Notes: generated from the letters alone by a model not told the origin. Counted from the first letter of the stretch, positions 10,348 through 19,941 are shown. The stretch: 64,000 nt of DNA from Candidatus Bathyarchaeota archaeon (GCA_043826455.1 JBDRQD010000048.1:96001-160000); one strand, 5' to 3'. Program-made: numbers and translations.

Positions 10348-10430
10348 TTTCTTAATACTCTTCTAATACAGCGGGACCGGGGATGAGGTTGCTCCGCCGG
10401 TTTTTTAAGTAATACCCTTGAATATTAGGG

Positions 10431-11516
10431 TCAGAGGTGGGCCTTCAGCTTCATGAAGGCGTCCACATAGTCCTGGGGCGTCACTCCGGGGCTCTCAGGC
10501 CCCTCTTCGTCGTAGAACCGGGTTATCCGCTCCATTAACTCGTCTTCCTTCAGCTGGGCGCCGACGAGGGCCGACTCCAGCTCGGCGACGGCCTCCTTGG
10601 GCACAACGAAGAGGTCTCCCGTGATCCTCAGGTCCAGTATCTGGGTTCCCTTCACCTCGGCTCTGAGCCTTATGAGCTTACCAGCCTTGTGGTCGGCCTC
10701 CACGACCTTGACCTCGTGGGCGATCTTGACGGCGCGTCCGGGTTTGCTTCGGGGCGCATCCATGTAGAGCCACTCTCTGCTTGTGTGCCTGGGCATGGTC
10801 TCTTCCCTGAATATTCTGCGCTCCTCATGGGTGGGTTTGCCGGGTACGAGCTTTACGCCCAGGAGCCTCTGGAACTCCTCGGCGTAGACCTCTTTAATCC
10901 TGTTAGGGGGCGGACTCTCCCCCAGCTCCCGTCTGAGGCTGCTGACCCACTGCTCCATGCTCTTGGCCATCTTGTCCCTGAACTTCTCGTCGGGGACCCT
11001 GAGCACCCGGGCCATCTGGGCGTAGTTGAGGTCAATGATGAAGTTTCCCACCAAGATGGTGGCCGTCTCGTGGAGCCCCGCGCCGTTTCCGCTGATCTTG
11101 CGACCTTCCACCACCACGTCATTGAGGGGCTTGAACTCGGCTGGGACGCCTAGGCGGCGGTACACGGCCACCGTGACGCTGAGGAGCTTTTCGAAGAGGG
11201 TGTCCACCGTCCTCGGCAGGGCTCGGCTGTCTCTGAACACTACTTGGTAGAAGACTTGGTCGCGGTCAAGGTAGGTGGCTCCGCCGCCCTGGCTGCGCCG
11301 TATGACGGGTAGGCCCGCCTTCTCCACGTATTCCTGGTCTATCTCTTTCTCCAGGTCTTGGTGGTACCCGATGCAGGCGTAGGGGGCCGCGGGCTGGACC
11401 AGCAGCAGGGTGTTGGGGCTGGTGCCCCTGTGTACTGCTTCGGCTACGGCCTCGTAGAAGGTCTGGGCTGTGTAGGGCTCTGCTTGGCCTAGGTCTATTA
11501 GGCGCCACTGCTCCAC
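10431..11516 (-). CDS. lplA: lipoate-protein ligase
   Basis: RRSQGGGATYLD, NDVVVEGRKISGNG; C-terminal accessory domain. Confidence 0.9.
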   Translation of the reverse strand: MEQWRLIDLGQAEPYTAQTFYEAVAEAVHRGTSPNTLLLVQPAAPYACIGYHQDLEKEIDQEYVEKAGLPVIRRSQGGGATYLDRDQVFYQVVFRDSRALPRTVDTLFEKLLSVTVAVYRRLGVPAEFKPLNDVVVEGRKISGNGAGLHETATILVGNFIIDLNYAQMARVLRVPDEKFRDKMAKSMEQWVSSLRRELGESPPPNRIKEVYAEEFQRLLGVKLVPGKPTHEERRIFREETMPRHTSREWLYMDAPRSKPGRAVKIAHEVKVVEADHKAGKLIRLRAEVKGTQILDLRITGDLFVVPKEAVAELESALVGAQLKEDELMERITRFYDEEGPESPGVTPQDYVDAFMKLKAHL

Positions 11517-11519
11517 GGG

Positions 11520-11951
11520 TTAGACTCCGGCCTTGGCTTTCTCCTCTTTGAGCCAGGCCTCTAGGGCGGCTTTGTCGGTGCCCTTGATGAGGTCTTTGAG
11601 CTCTGTGTTGAGGTCGCTGGGCTGGATGACTGCGACCCAGCCGTCGCTGTAGGGGGCGTTGTTTATGACGCTGGGTTTGCCGTCTAGGGCGGGGTTGATC
11701 TCTAGGACTGTGCCGCTGAGGGGTACCTTGAGGCTGCCCACCCATTTGCCTGACTCTATGCTGCCCAGGGTTTTGCCGGCTTTGACGTCTTTGCCGGCTG
11801 GTCTGGTTTTGATGCTGACGAGTTTGCCTGCGGCTTCGGCTGCCCAGGAGTTGTAGCCTACTCGGGCTTTTCCGTCTTCGAGGCGGACCCACATGTGGTC
11901 TCTGTGGTAGTAGAGGTCTTCTGGGAACTCGTGGCCTTCTATCTTGGTCAT
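11520..11951 (-). CDS. gcvH: glycine cleavage H-like lipoyl carrier protein
   Basis: YYHRDHMWV, IESGK lipoyl lysine, INNAPYSDGW. Confidence 0.9.
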   Translation of the reverse strand: MTKIEGHEFPEDLYYHRDHMWVRLEDGKARVGYNSWAAEAAGKLVSIKTRPAGKDVKAGKTLGSIESGKWVGSLKVPLSGTVLEINPALDGKPSVINNAPYSDGWVAVIQPSDLNTELKDLIKGTDKAALEAWLKEEKAKAGV

Positions 11952-12017
11952 GTTTGTCGTATGTTTGTGTTGTTTGTCTGTATTTAATTGGTTCGCCTGT
12001 GTTTCTGTGAAACGTTT

Positions 12018-13583
12018 TTAATTAGGTTTGTTGTATGGTTTTAGGCGTTGGGTCTGTAGCTCAGTCAGGTAGAGCGATGGCCTCTTAAGCCATTGGCCAA
12101 GGGTTCGATTCCCTTCAGACCCGCCACATATTCTCTTGTGTGCGCGTGGGGGGGGGGGAGGGGGGGTCCCATCACCGCCACCGCTTTTCCCTGTTTTCGG
12201 GTTTGTTTTCGTGTTCTGAGGCTTTTCTGGGGTTGTTTTGGTGGTGGTGGAGGGTGGCGGTGTCCGCTGTGTTCTTTGCTCGTCCAGGTCACTTGGAGTG
12301 TCGTGGGCCCCGTGTTTCTCTACATGTGTCGTTCCTGGGGTGTAGACGCCGCCGTTTATTGTGTGGTGGCTTGGCTTGAGGCGTCTTAGGGTGGTGTACG
12401 CCGTTATGGCTCCGAGTAATATAGTGGCTGCGGGGTGGCCTGGGATGGCTGTCTGCTGGTCTTCCGGTGTCGGGTTTTGCTGGGCTTCTGCGACGGTTAT
12501 GGTGTCCTGGAGGGCTCTTGTACCTCGGTGCCAGACGGTGATCTTGTAGGCGCCGGGGGTCTCGGGGTAGAACTCGTACCAGTTGGCGGCGTCTGCGTCT
12601 GGGGAGGTCTCCGACATCATGTATATGCTTAGGGGGTTCGTGGGTTCTCCCTGGGACTGGGTTTGCCTGATCTTCATCCAGTAGAGGCACTGGGTTTGCT
12701 CCTTCAGGGTCGTGGATACTGTCAGTGTTACTTTGATCTGTTGGCCGGCTGTGGGGTTGCTGGGCTCCACGGTTAGGCCGCTGAACCTGTAGGCTTCGCT
12801 CATGTACCCCGCCTCGTGGATGGTGAAGTTGGCGGCTTGTTCTCCGTTCATGGAGGCGGTGTATGTGCCGGGGAGGGTGAAGTTGAGTCTCAGCTCTCGG
12901 CCCGTGTATCCTCCTGGGGCGACGCCTATCCAGAAGGTGGTGGTGTTCACGTAGCCGGTGCATGGGCCGTGGATGCCTGTGAAGGTGATGGAGACGTTTC
13001 CTGAGGCCCACTGGCCTCCGGGGTTGATGAAGCCCGCGGTGCCGTATATGTCCTCGTATACGGTTCTGTTGGCGGGGATTATGAGTTCGGCCAGCTCTAT
13101 GCTGCCCTCGGGCATAGGGGTGATCCCTTCCTGGGTTACATTGAGGTTTAGGCCGCCTAGGGAGTTGGCCGTATCCCCGGTGACGATGAAGACGCCCTGG
13201 ACGGAGCCGTACACCGTGTATAGTGGCTGATCCAGGTGCGTCTGGTCCGTTGACGCGAGGAAGACGAGCGTCCTCTCGCCTATGGTGAACTCGGGTTGGT
13301 TCTCGACCCAGACCCCTTGAATGCCTATCATGCCGCCCTCCACCCTGACATAGAGGGTGGTGGCGCTCACGGGGTTCTTGTAGTATCTTTCAACGCTGAT
13401 AGTCACCACGCGGTAGATCATGCCCCTGTCTCCCCAGTGTGTGGTGATCCCTGTTACTCTGCCGAGGGCGACGGTGTCAGCTTCGTTCCACAGCTGCTCG
13501 TACGGTATCTCGACCATTGATCCCCAACATACTGGTGCTAGTAGACCGAGTAGAACCAGGGTCAGGGCCACGGCTTTTTTCAA
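12018..13583 (-). CDS. secreted surface protein with Ig-like/CARDB-like regions and degenerate IPG-type C-terminal anchor; stop codon apparently lost
   Basis: signal peptide from TTG (LKKAVALTLVLLG..), IPGHPAATILLGAITAYTTLRRLK anchor near 12450-12375, then low-complexity read-through across the repeat and antisense tRNA. Confidence 0.55.
   Translation of the reverse strand: MKKAVALTLVLLGLLAPVCWGSMVEIPYEQLWNEADTVALGRVTGITTHWGDRGMIYRVVTISVERYYKNPVSATTLYVRVEGGMIGIQGVWVENQPEFTIGERTLVFLASTDQTHLDQPLYTVYGSVQGVFIVTGDTANSLGGLNLNVTQEGITPMPEGSIELAELIIPANRTVYEDIYGTAGFINPGGQWASGNVSITFTGIHGPCTGYVNTTTFWIGVAPGGYTGRELRLNFTLPGTYTASMNGEQAANFTIHEAGYMSEAYRFSGLTVEPSNPTAGQQIKVTLTVSTTLKEQTQCLYWMKIRQTQSQGEPTNPLSIYMMSETSPDADAANWYEFYPETPGAYKITVWHRGTRALQDTITVAEAQQNPTPEDQQTAIPGHPAATILLGAITAYTTLRRLKPSHHTINGGVYTPGTTHVEKHGAHDTPSDLDEQRTQRTPPPSTTTKTTPEKPQNTKTNPKTGKSGGGDGTPPPPPPRAHKRICGGSEGNRTLGQWLKRPSLYLTELQTQRLKPYNKPN
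12050..12126 (+). tRNA. tRNA-Lys(CTT), intron-less, CCA encoded
   Basis: acceptor GGGTCTG/CAGACCC, anticodon stem ATGGC-CT CTT AA-GCCAT, GTTCGA T-loop; TATA-like TTTTTAAT at about 12015. Confidence 0.95.
12137..12262 (+). repeat. ~125-bp G/T-rich structured repeat, copy 1
   Basis: near-identical to 60248-60371; internal inverted repeat CACCGCCACC (12173-12182) / GGTGGCGGTG (12253-12262). Confidence 0.85.
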
Positions 13584-13930
13584 TTCAGGATAAAACTGGT
13601 GCAAAGGCATATAATACTAGGTTTTTGAACGCTTGTGGGGCTATGTGTTTTTAGGAACGTGTCTATGAAAGCCGTTATCTTGACTGAGAGGTGAGGGTTG
13701 AGGGAAATTGTGGCACCCTTCTTTGCACCCCAGACAAGTCCCTCCTTTTGTAGCTTGTCGAGGCATCGGTCCACTTTTCTCCCATCCTTGAGAACCTGTA
13801 TGCCGAGGTATCTTGTCATCCTCTGCTTGTTGTAGTATTTTGCTCCCCACCTGCCTCTGGTTAGGAGGAAGTTCAATATCATGGCCATTATTTCCTCGTC
13901 GGTCAGGTCACTAGGGGGCACAAACTTCAA
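13580..13930 (-). CDS. small basic winged-helix-like protein
   Basis: RGRWGAKY..LDKLQKEGLV..ISLNP pattern; divergent from an HTH gene. Confidence 0.6.
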   Translation of the reverse strand: MKFVPPSDLTDEEIMAMILNFLLTRGRWGAKYYNKQRMTRYLGIQVLKDGRKVDRCLDKLQKEGLVWGAKKGATISLNPHLSVKITAFIDTFLKTHSPTSVQKPSIICLCTSFILN

Positions 13931-13991
13931 TTAATACGTTTTCAAAACGCATTATTTATATTTTCTTGTGGGGTAGGGTAAAATTGTGACA

Positions 13992-14378
13992 ATGGCTAAC
14001 ACAGTTAATGACACGATACTGGTCGAGGTGTTCGGGTCCTCGCCGGAGACCAGGATAATCAGCTTCTTCATGGACTTCCCCCTAAACGATTTCATGCAGA
14101 AGGAAGTATGTGAGGCCACGGGGCTCAACCCAAGGACGGTCAGTGCTAGGCTGTCAAAGCTGAAGGAGTTAGGAATCATTAAGGATACACGGAAGGTGGG
14201 TAAGGCCACGTTCTACAAGCTCAACAGAGGGAACCGCGTAGTAGGTAAGATCGACGACTTGATCAAGACCATTTCGATGGATATAGCTTTACAGGAACAA
14301 GTAATGGAAACAGAGGCCGCGGAGACAATCACAGTATCTGCCGTGGAAAAACCTCCTAACAAACTAGAAGCTAGATAG
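13992..14378 (+). CDS. winged helix-turn-helix DNA-binding protein
   Basis: FGSSPETRIISF..EVCEATGLNPRTVSARLSKLKELGII..RKVGKATFYKLN. Confidence 0.8.
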   Translation: MANTVNDTILVEVFGSSPETRIISFFMDFPLNDFMQKEVCEATGLNPRTVSARLSKLKELGIIKDTRKVGKATFYKLNRGNRVVGKIDDLIKTISMDIALQEQVMETEAAETITVSAVEKPPNKLEAR

Positions 14379-14427
14379 CTATAATGTGTTAAAAAGAGTT
14401 AAAAAATAAATCTCCAGTAGATTGAAT

Positions 14428-15030
14428 TTAGACTCTCAGAGAGCCGCGGAACCCTCTAACGCCATAGAAAGAGGGCGCACTGTTATGATACACGAAGACG
14501 TGGCCGTACCGGCGATCAGCGAAGATGGCCCCGCCAAGCTTCCTAATATCGGAAGGCGTCTTCACCCAGCTCTGCGTCCTCGTATCGAATTCCCCGAGTT
14601 TCTGCAGCTCCCGATACTGTTCTTCCGTTAAAAGCTCGACGCCCATGGCAGCCGCCATATCAATAACGTTACCCGCTGGATGCACACCCTTCTTCTCCCG
14701 TTCCTCCTGAGCTTTACGGTCATAAACAACATTCCTGCGGCCCTCAGGGCTCTCCGCCGAGCAATCAATGAAAACGTATTCACCCGTCTTTTCATCACGG
14801 CCAACAACATCCGGTTCGCCGCCGGTTCTCTCCATCTCGCTGAGCGACCACAGTTTCTCAGGATTAGCTTCCAGCCTCGTCTGCACTTCAGCCCATTCAA
14901 GACCCTTATGGCGGTTCATGTTTTCCTCAAAACGGGCTCTCAATGCCCCCAGTAGTTCCTCACGTTGTTCAGGTGACAACCCTTTTTTTGATTCATTAGT
15001 TCGTGGCATGGGCACAATCATGGAACTCAT
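14428..15030 (-). CDS. DUF4256 domain protein
   Basis: RFEENMNRHKGLEW, MERTGGEPDVV, DCSAESPEGRR, RGFRGSLRV. Confidence 0.85.
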   Translation of the reverse strand: MSSMIVPMPRTNESKKGLSPEQREELLGALRARFEENMNRHKGLEWAEVQTRLEANPEKLWSLSEMERTGGEPDVVGRDEKTGEYVFIDCSAESPEGRRNVVYDRKAQEEREKKGVHPAGNVIDMAAAMGVELLTEEQYRELQKLGEFDTRTQSWVKTPSDIRKLGGAIFADRRYGHVFVYHNSAPSFYGVRGFRGSLRV

Positions 15031-15119
15031 CCCAAGTTAATAAACCGTCTATGCACAGTGACGTAGTTATTCCACGTAACAAAAACATTGAAAAAAGGGG
15101 TTTGAGCCACTCACGTGGC

Positions 15120-16292
15120 TCAGAGCTCGTTCACAGCCTTCTCCAGGTTCTTAAGAGCCCTCTCAAGTATCGACCTGGGACAGGCCAGGTTCACCCTCAT
15201 GAACATGGAGCCACCGGTCCCGAAGAGAATCCCCTCGTCCAGCCAGAGCTTCGCCTTCCTCAGCATGAACTCGTTCAGCTCCTTGTCGTCCATGCCCAGG
15301 CAGCTGCAATCTATCCACGCCAGGTAGGTGCCCTCAAGCGGGTAGAGCTTGAATCCGGGGAGCTTCTCCGCGAGGAACTCCTCAAGGTACCTGAGGTTAC
15401 CACGCAGATAGGTTAGCAGCTCCTCCAGCCAGGCCTCGCCCTTGTTGTACGCGGCCTCCTGCGCAGCCATCCCGAAGATGTTGCTGTGGCCGCTCCCCTT
15501 CGATATCTGGTACCTGAGCACGTCCCTCAGCTTCTTGTTCGGGACGATGGCGTTCGCGTTGGTCAACCCAGCCAAATTGAAGGTCTTGCTGGGGGCCACA
15601 AGCGTAACGGTCCTCTGCATGGCGTCCTCGGAGACGATGGCGGTTGGGGTGTGCTTGATCTTCCCGAGGATGAGGTCGTTATGGATCTCGTCGGAGATGA
15701 TCAGTATGTCCTTCTCCCTGCATACCTCTGCGAGCCTCTCCAGCTCCTCACGTCTCCAGACCCTGCTCACCGGGTTATGGGGACTGCAGAGGATGATCAT
15801 CTTCGTCCGGTCATCGATCTTCTTCTCGAGGTCCTCGAAGTCCATCTCGTAGTACCCGTCCACGAGTTTGAGGGGGTTCTCGACTATCTGCCGCCCTGTG
15901 CCGAGGATCTGGTTCTTGAAGGGGTAGTACACCGGGGGCTGGATCACCACCTTGTCCCCCGGCTGGGAGTAGGCCTGAATCGTGATGCTGAAGCCGGCTA
16001 CAACCCCTGGGGTCCAGAGTATCCAGTCTCTCTGGATTCCCTTCCAGCCGTGGCGTCTGGCCATCCAGTTGATGAGCCAATCGTAGTAGCCGTCGCTGAA
16101 CGCCGTGTACCCGAATATGGGGTGGGCTGCACGCTCCTTCAGGGCCTCTACGACTTCTGGTGGGCACGCGAAGTCCATGTCTGCTATCCAGAGAGGGATC
16201 AAGTCATCGTATCCCGTTCTTCGCTTCATGAGTGCCCATTTAGTGGCGTTCGTGGATGTTCTTTCTATTATCGAATTAAAGTCGTATACCAA
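15120..16292 (-). CDS. MalY/PatB family PLP C-S lyase
   Basis: PLWIADMDF, LCSPHNP, SDEIH, APSKTFNLAG. Confidence 0.9.
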   Translation of the reverse strand: MVYDFNSIIERTSTNATKWALMKRRTGYDDLIPLWIADMDFACPPEVVEALKERAAHPIFGYTAFSDGYYDWLINWMARRHGWKGIQRDWILWTPGVVAGFSITIQAYSQPGDKVVIQPPVYYPFKNQILGTGRQIVENPLKLVDGYYEMDFEDLEKKIDDRTKMIILCSPHNPVSRVWRREELERLAEVCREKDILIISDEIHNDLILGKIKHTPTAIVSEDAMQRTVTLVAPSKTFNLAGLTNANAIVPNKKLRDVLRYQISKGSGHSNIFGMAAQEAAYNKGEAWLEELLTYLRGNLRYLEEFLAEKLPGFKLYPLEGTYLAWIDCSCLGMDDKELNEFMLRKAKLWLDEGILFGTGGSMFMRVNLACPRSILERALKNLEKAVNEL

Positions 16293-16433
16293 GTTGATCT
16301 GTTCAAAATTATTCTCAGTCGATATATGTTTAACGAACAGACCCTGTATTCTACTATTCGTCTCATCAAATAACGTAATGGGCTCACAGAAAATCTACGT
16401 TGACTTTAACTGATCAGTCTCGGTCTATCATGT

Positions 16434-18473
16434 ATGGCACGTAGACTGAGGTACCCCAAGTCACATCGAGTCAACCACGTGGATGTAATACATGGGGTAA
16501 AGGTCCCCGACCCCTACAGGTGGCTGGAGGACATAGACTCCCCCGAGACCCGGGCGTGGATCGAGGAGCAGAACAAGGTCACCTTCAAGTACCTGGAAGC
16601 CGTCCCTGAGCGAGAACAGATCAAGAAGCGCATGACCGAGCTGTGGGACTTCGAGAAGTACGGCATACCCTTCAAACGAGGCACCCGGTACTTCTACACC
16701 CTCAACGACGGCCTCAGAAACCAGGCCGTGCTCTACTGGACCGAGGGGCTACGGGGCGAGCCCAGGGTGCTCCTGGACCCAAATGGGCTGAGTGAGGACG
16801 GCACAGTGGCCCTCACGGGGCTCGAGGTGAGCGACGACGGCGGACTCCTCGCCTACGGCGTCTCATCTGCGGGCTCCGACTGGCAAGAGTGGCGGGTCCG
16901 GAGCGTGGAAACCGGCGAGGACACACGCGACCACCTCAAATGGACCAAGCTCACCTCCGCCAACTGGACCAAGGACGGCGCCGGCTTCTACTACAGCAGG
17001 TACGACGAGCCCACCGGCGAAGCCCTCAAGGAGGCCAACTACTACCAGAAGCTCTACCATCACAAGCTAGGCGACCCCCAGACGGAGGACACCCTCATCT
17101 ACAAACGGGACGACCAGAAAGAGTGGAGGTTCCACGGCGAGGTCACCGAAGACGGCGCATACCTCATCATCACCGTGACCAGGGGCACCTACCCCGAGAC
17201 CCAGATACTCTACAAGCCGCTGACAGAGCAAGGCCAGGTCGTCGAACTCATCACCGGCTTCAAGGCCAAGTACCACTTCATATCCAACGACGGCCCCACC
17301 TTCCACTTCCTCACCGACCAGGACGCCCCCATGGGCAGACTCGTCTCCATGGACATCACCGAACCCGGTGAGGTGAACGAGGTGATCCCAGAGGCCGAGG
17401 ACGCCCTCCAGAGCGTCTCCATGGTGGGCGGCAGGTTCCTCTCCATATACCTCCACGACGCCCACAGCCTCATCAAGGTCTACGACCGAGCCGGCGACCA
17501 CATGAGGGACGTGGAGCTGCCCGGCATGGGCACCGCCACAGGCTTCACCGGCAAACAAGACGGCGACGAGGCCTTCTTCCACTTCACCAGCTTCACGTAC
17601 CCGGGCACAATCTACCGGATGGACGTGAAGCGGGACACCGTTGAGGCGTTCAAGGAACCCAAACTGGGCTTCAATCCAGACGATTACAGGGTTGATCAGG
17701 TCTTCTACAGCAGCAAGGACGGCACCAGGATCCCCATGTACATCTGCTACAGGAAAGACGTGAACCCCAGAGACAACAACAGGGCCTACCTGTACGGGTA
17801 CGGCGGCTTCAACATAAGCCTCACACCCTTCTTCAACGTCCGCAACCTGGTCTGGATGGAGACGGGCGGCCTATTCTGCCTAGCCAACCTCAGAGGCGGA
17901 GACGAGTACGGCAAACGCTGGCACGACGAGGGCATAAAGCTGAGGAAACAGAACGTCTTCGACGACTTCATAGCGGCCGCAGAGTATCTGATCGACGAGG
18001 GCTATACCAGCACCCCCAGGCTAGCCATAGGCGGCCGCAGCAACGGCGGCCTCCTAACAGCTGCATGCCTCACCCAAAGACCCGACCTATACGGAGTAAC
18101 AGTGCCCGCCGTTGGGGTCCTTGACATGCTAAGGTTCGAGAAGTTCACGGTGGGCTGGGGCTGGACCAGCGACTACGGCACCGTGGAGGACCCAGACGAG
18201 TTCAGGGCCCTCCTAGCGTACAGCCCCTACCACAACCTGAAAAAGGGCACCGAGTACCCGCCCACCCTCGTCACCACAGCCGACCACGACGACAGAGTCT
18301 ACCCGGCCCACAGCCTCAAGTTCGCCGCCGCCCTCCAGCACGCCCAGGCTGGGCCCTCGCCCACACTCATCAGGATAGAGTCCAGGGCGGGCCACGGCAT
18401 GGGAAAGCCCACCATGAAGGTCATAGAGGAGTACACCGACGAGCTGGCCTTCATATTGGCCAACCTGAAGTAG
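16434..18473 (+). CDS. prolyl oligopeptidase (S9A)
   Basis: DPYRWLED, GRSNGG nucleophile, DDRV, AGHGMGKP. Confidence 0.95.
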   Translation: MARRLRYPKSHRVNHVDVIHGVKVPDPYRWLEDIDSPETRAWIEEQNKVTFKYLEAVPEREQIKKRMTELWDFEKYGIPFKRGTRYFYTLNDGLRNQAVLYWTEGLRGEPRVLLDPNGLSEDGTVALTGLEVSDDGGLLAYGVSSAGSDWQEWRVRSVETGEDTRDHLKWTKLTSANWTKDGAGFYYSRYDEPTGEALKEANYYQKLYHHKLGDPQTEDTLIYKRDDQKEWRFHGEVTEDGAYLIITVTRGTYPETQILYKPLTEQGQVVELITGFKAKYHFISNDGPTFHFLTDQDAPMGRLVSMDITEPGEVNEVIPEAEDALQSVSMVGGRFLSIYLHDAHSLIKVYDRAGDHMRDVELPGMGTATGFTGKQDGDEAFFHFTSFTYPGTIYRMDVKRDTVEAFKEPKLGFNPDDYRVDQVFYSSKDGTRIPMYICYRKDVNPRDNNRAYLYGYGGFNISLTPFFNVRNLVWMETGGLFCLANLRGGDEYGKRWHDEGIKLRKQNVFDDFIAAAEYLIDEGYTSTPRLAIGGRSNGGLLTAACLTQRPDLYGVTVPAVGVLDMLRFEKFTVGWGWTSDYGTVEDPDEFRALLAYSPYHNLKKGTEYPPTLVTTADHDDRVYPAHSLKFAAALQHAQAGPSPTLIRIESRAGHGMGKPTMKVIEEYTDELAFILANLK

Positions 18474-18533
18474 CCACCCAACGGGTTCCTATCCACCCGG
18501 CTCAGTTTAATATCCGGCTCCCACCTTTCACTT

Positions 18534-19214
18534 ATGGTTCTCAGGATCGGCCACAGGGGCGCCGCCGGCCACGAGCCGGAGAACACCATCCGCGGCTTCC
18601 TGAAGGCGGTTCAGCTGAATGCAGACATGACCGAGCTGGACGTCCACCTATGCGCCTCGGGTGAGCTTGTGGTAATCCACGACGAGACCGTGGACAGGAC
18701 CACGGAAGGGTCAGGCCGCGTCGGCGACATGTCCCTCAGAGAACTTGGGGCTCTTGACGCCGGCAACGGCGAGAGGATATCCACCCTGGAAGAGGTCTTC
18801 TCGGCCCTACAGGGCCAGATAGCTGTGAATGTGGAGCTCAAGGGCCGGGGGACAGCCGAGCCCGTGTACGAGCTGATAAACGGGCTAACCCTGAGTCGTA
18901 AGTGGAGCCATGGCAGCATACTTGTCACGTCCTTCGACTGGGGCATGCTGGAGGAGATGCGCAGCCTATCGGAGAAGATGAGGCTAGGCCCTCTCGCCCA
19001 CCGTGAGCCCTTCAAGGCGCTGAGATTCGCCCAGGAGATCAAGGCATTCTCAGTCAACCCCTTCCACGGGCTCACAGACGCTGGGCTCGTCAGGGACGCC
19101 CACCATCTAGGCATAGCCGTCTACCCCTGGACCGTGAACAAGGCCGAGGACATAGCCCGGGTTAAGACAATGGGCGTGGACGGCGTCATATCCGACTACC
19201 CTGACCGGGTCTAG
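18534..19214 (+). CDS. glycerophosphodiester phosphodiesterase
   Basis: GHRGA..PENT, ELDVH, HDETVDRTT, GVDGVISDYP. Confidence 0.93.
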   Translation: MVLRIGHRGAAGHEPENTIRGFLKAVQLNADMTELDVHLCASGELVVIHDETVDRTTEGSGRVGDMSLRELGALDAGNGERISTLEEVFSALQGQIAVNVELKGRGTAEPVYELINGLTLSRKWSHGSILVTSFDWGMLEEMRSLSEKMRLGPLAHREPFKALRFAQEIKAFSVNPFHGLTDAGLVRDAHHLGIAVYPWTVNKAEDIARVKTMGVDGVISDYPDRV

Positions 19215-19257
19215 CGCATGGGTTTTAAGCCCCTAGCCCACCAAGAAGGTGATAAAC

Positions 19258-19941
19258 ATGGTTCTACCAGTGAAAATCTTCGAGGTCCGCGGCCTGGAGG
19301 GAGACCCACGGGACAGGCTCACGGGCTGGAGGGAGACGGAGCAGGTGGAAGGCGAGGAGCTCCAACTGGTCACAGAGGTCCTGGACCTGGAGGCCGCAGA
19401 CGACACCGTCACCGGCATCTTCGCCCGGGACTTCCTCAGGGACCGCAGCTACAGGCGCAGGGTACGAAGCGCCCCCGAGACGGAGGAGGCCAGGTTCTGG
19501 CTGGTGCCCCACGAGCAGCGCCAGTTCCTGGTAGTGATGGCGCCCAGCGTGGCCAGGGGCGTCAAGAAGATGCTGAGCAACCACGTGGCGGTGAAGCTGG
19601 GGGAGATACTCAACGCCGACGTCCGGGAGTCAAGGATCGCCTCCGAGATCCTGCAGAAGCTCCACGAGGCCAACCCCAAGGCAACCAACCTCATCTGGTT
19701 CGACCAGGTGGACATCCCCGGCGTCAACAAGCTGTGCCTATCCGGGGAGGGCCTGGCCGATACTGGCCTATACAAGGAGTACCTGGGCCACGGCATGATC
19801 TGGTACGTGGTGTACACGGGGCAGAGGAGCGGATACACGGTGGGGGTCACCAGGAACGCGGTGGTCACCAACTTCAGCAAGAGCACAGAGGACGAGTTCC
19901 TCAAATTCGTCAGGGAGGAGCTGCTGAGGCTCATCGAGTAA
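19258..19941 (+). CDS. conserved archaeal hypothetical protein
   Basis: host codon usage; GGTGA SD before ATG. Confidence 0.65.
   Translation: MVLPVKIFEVRGLEGDPRDRLTGWRETEQVEGEELQLVTEVLDLEAADDTVTGIFARDFLRDRSYRRRVRSAPETEEARFWLVPHEQRQFLVVMAPSVARGVKKMLSNHVAVKLGEILNADVRESRIASEILQKLHEANPKATNLIWFDQVDIPGVNKLCLSGEGLADTGLYKEYLGHGMIWYVVYTGQRSGYTVGVTRNAVVTNFSKSTEDEFLKFVREELLRLIE

Noticed and set aside
12050..16400. Intact integrative element at tRNA-Lys
   Set aside because: No integrase and no duplicated tRNA 3' end found.
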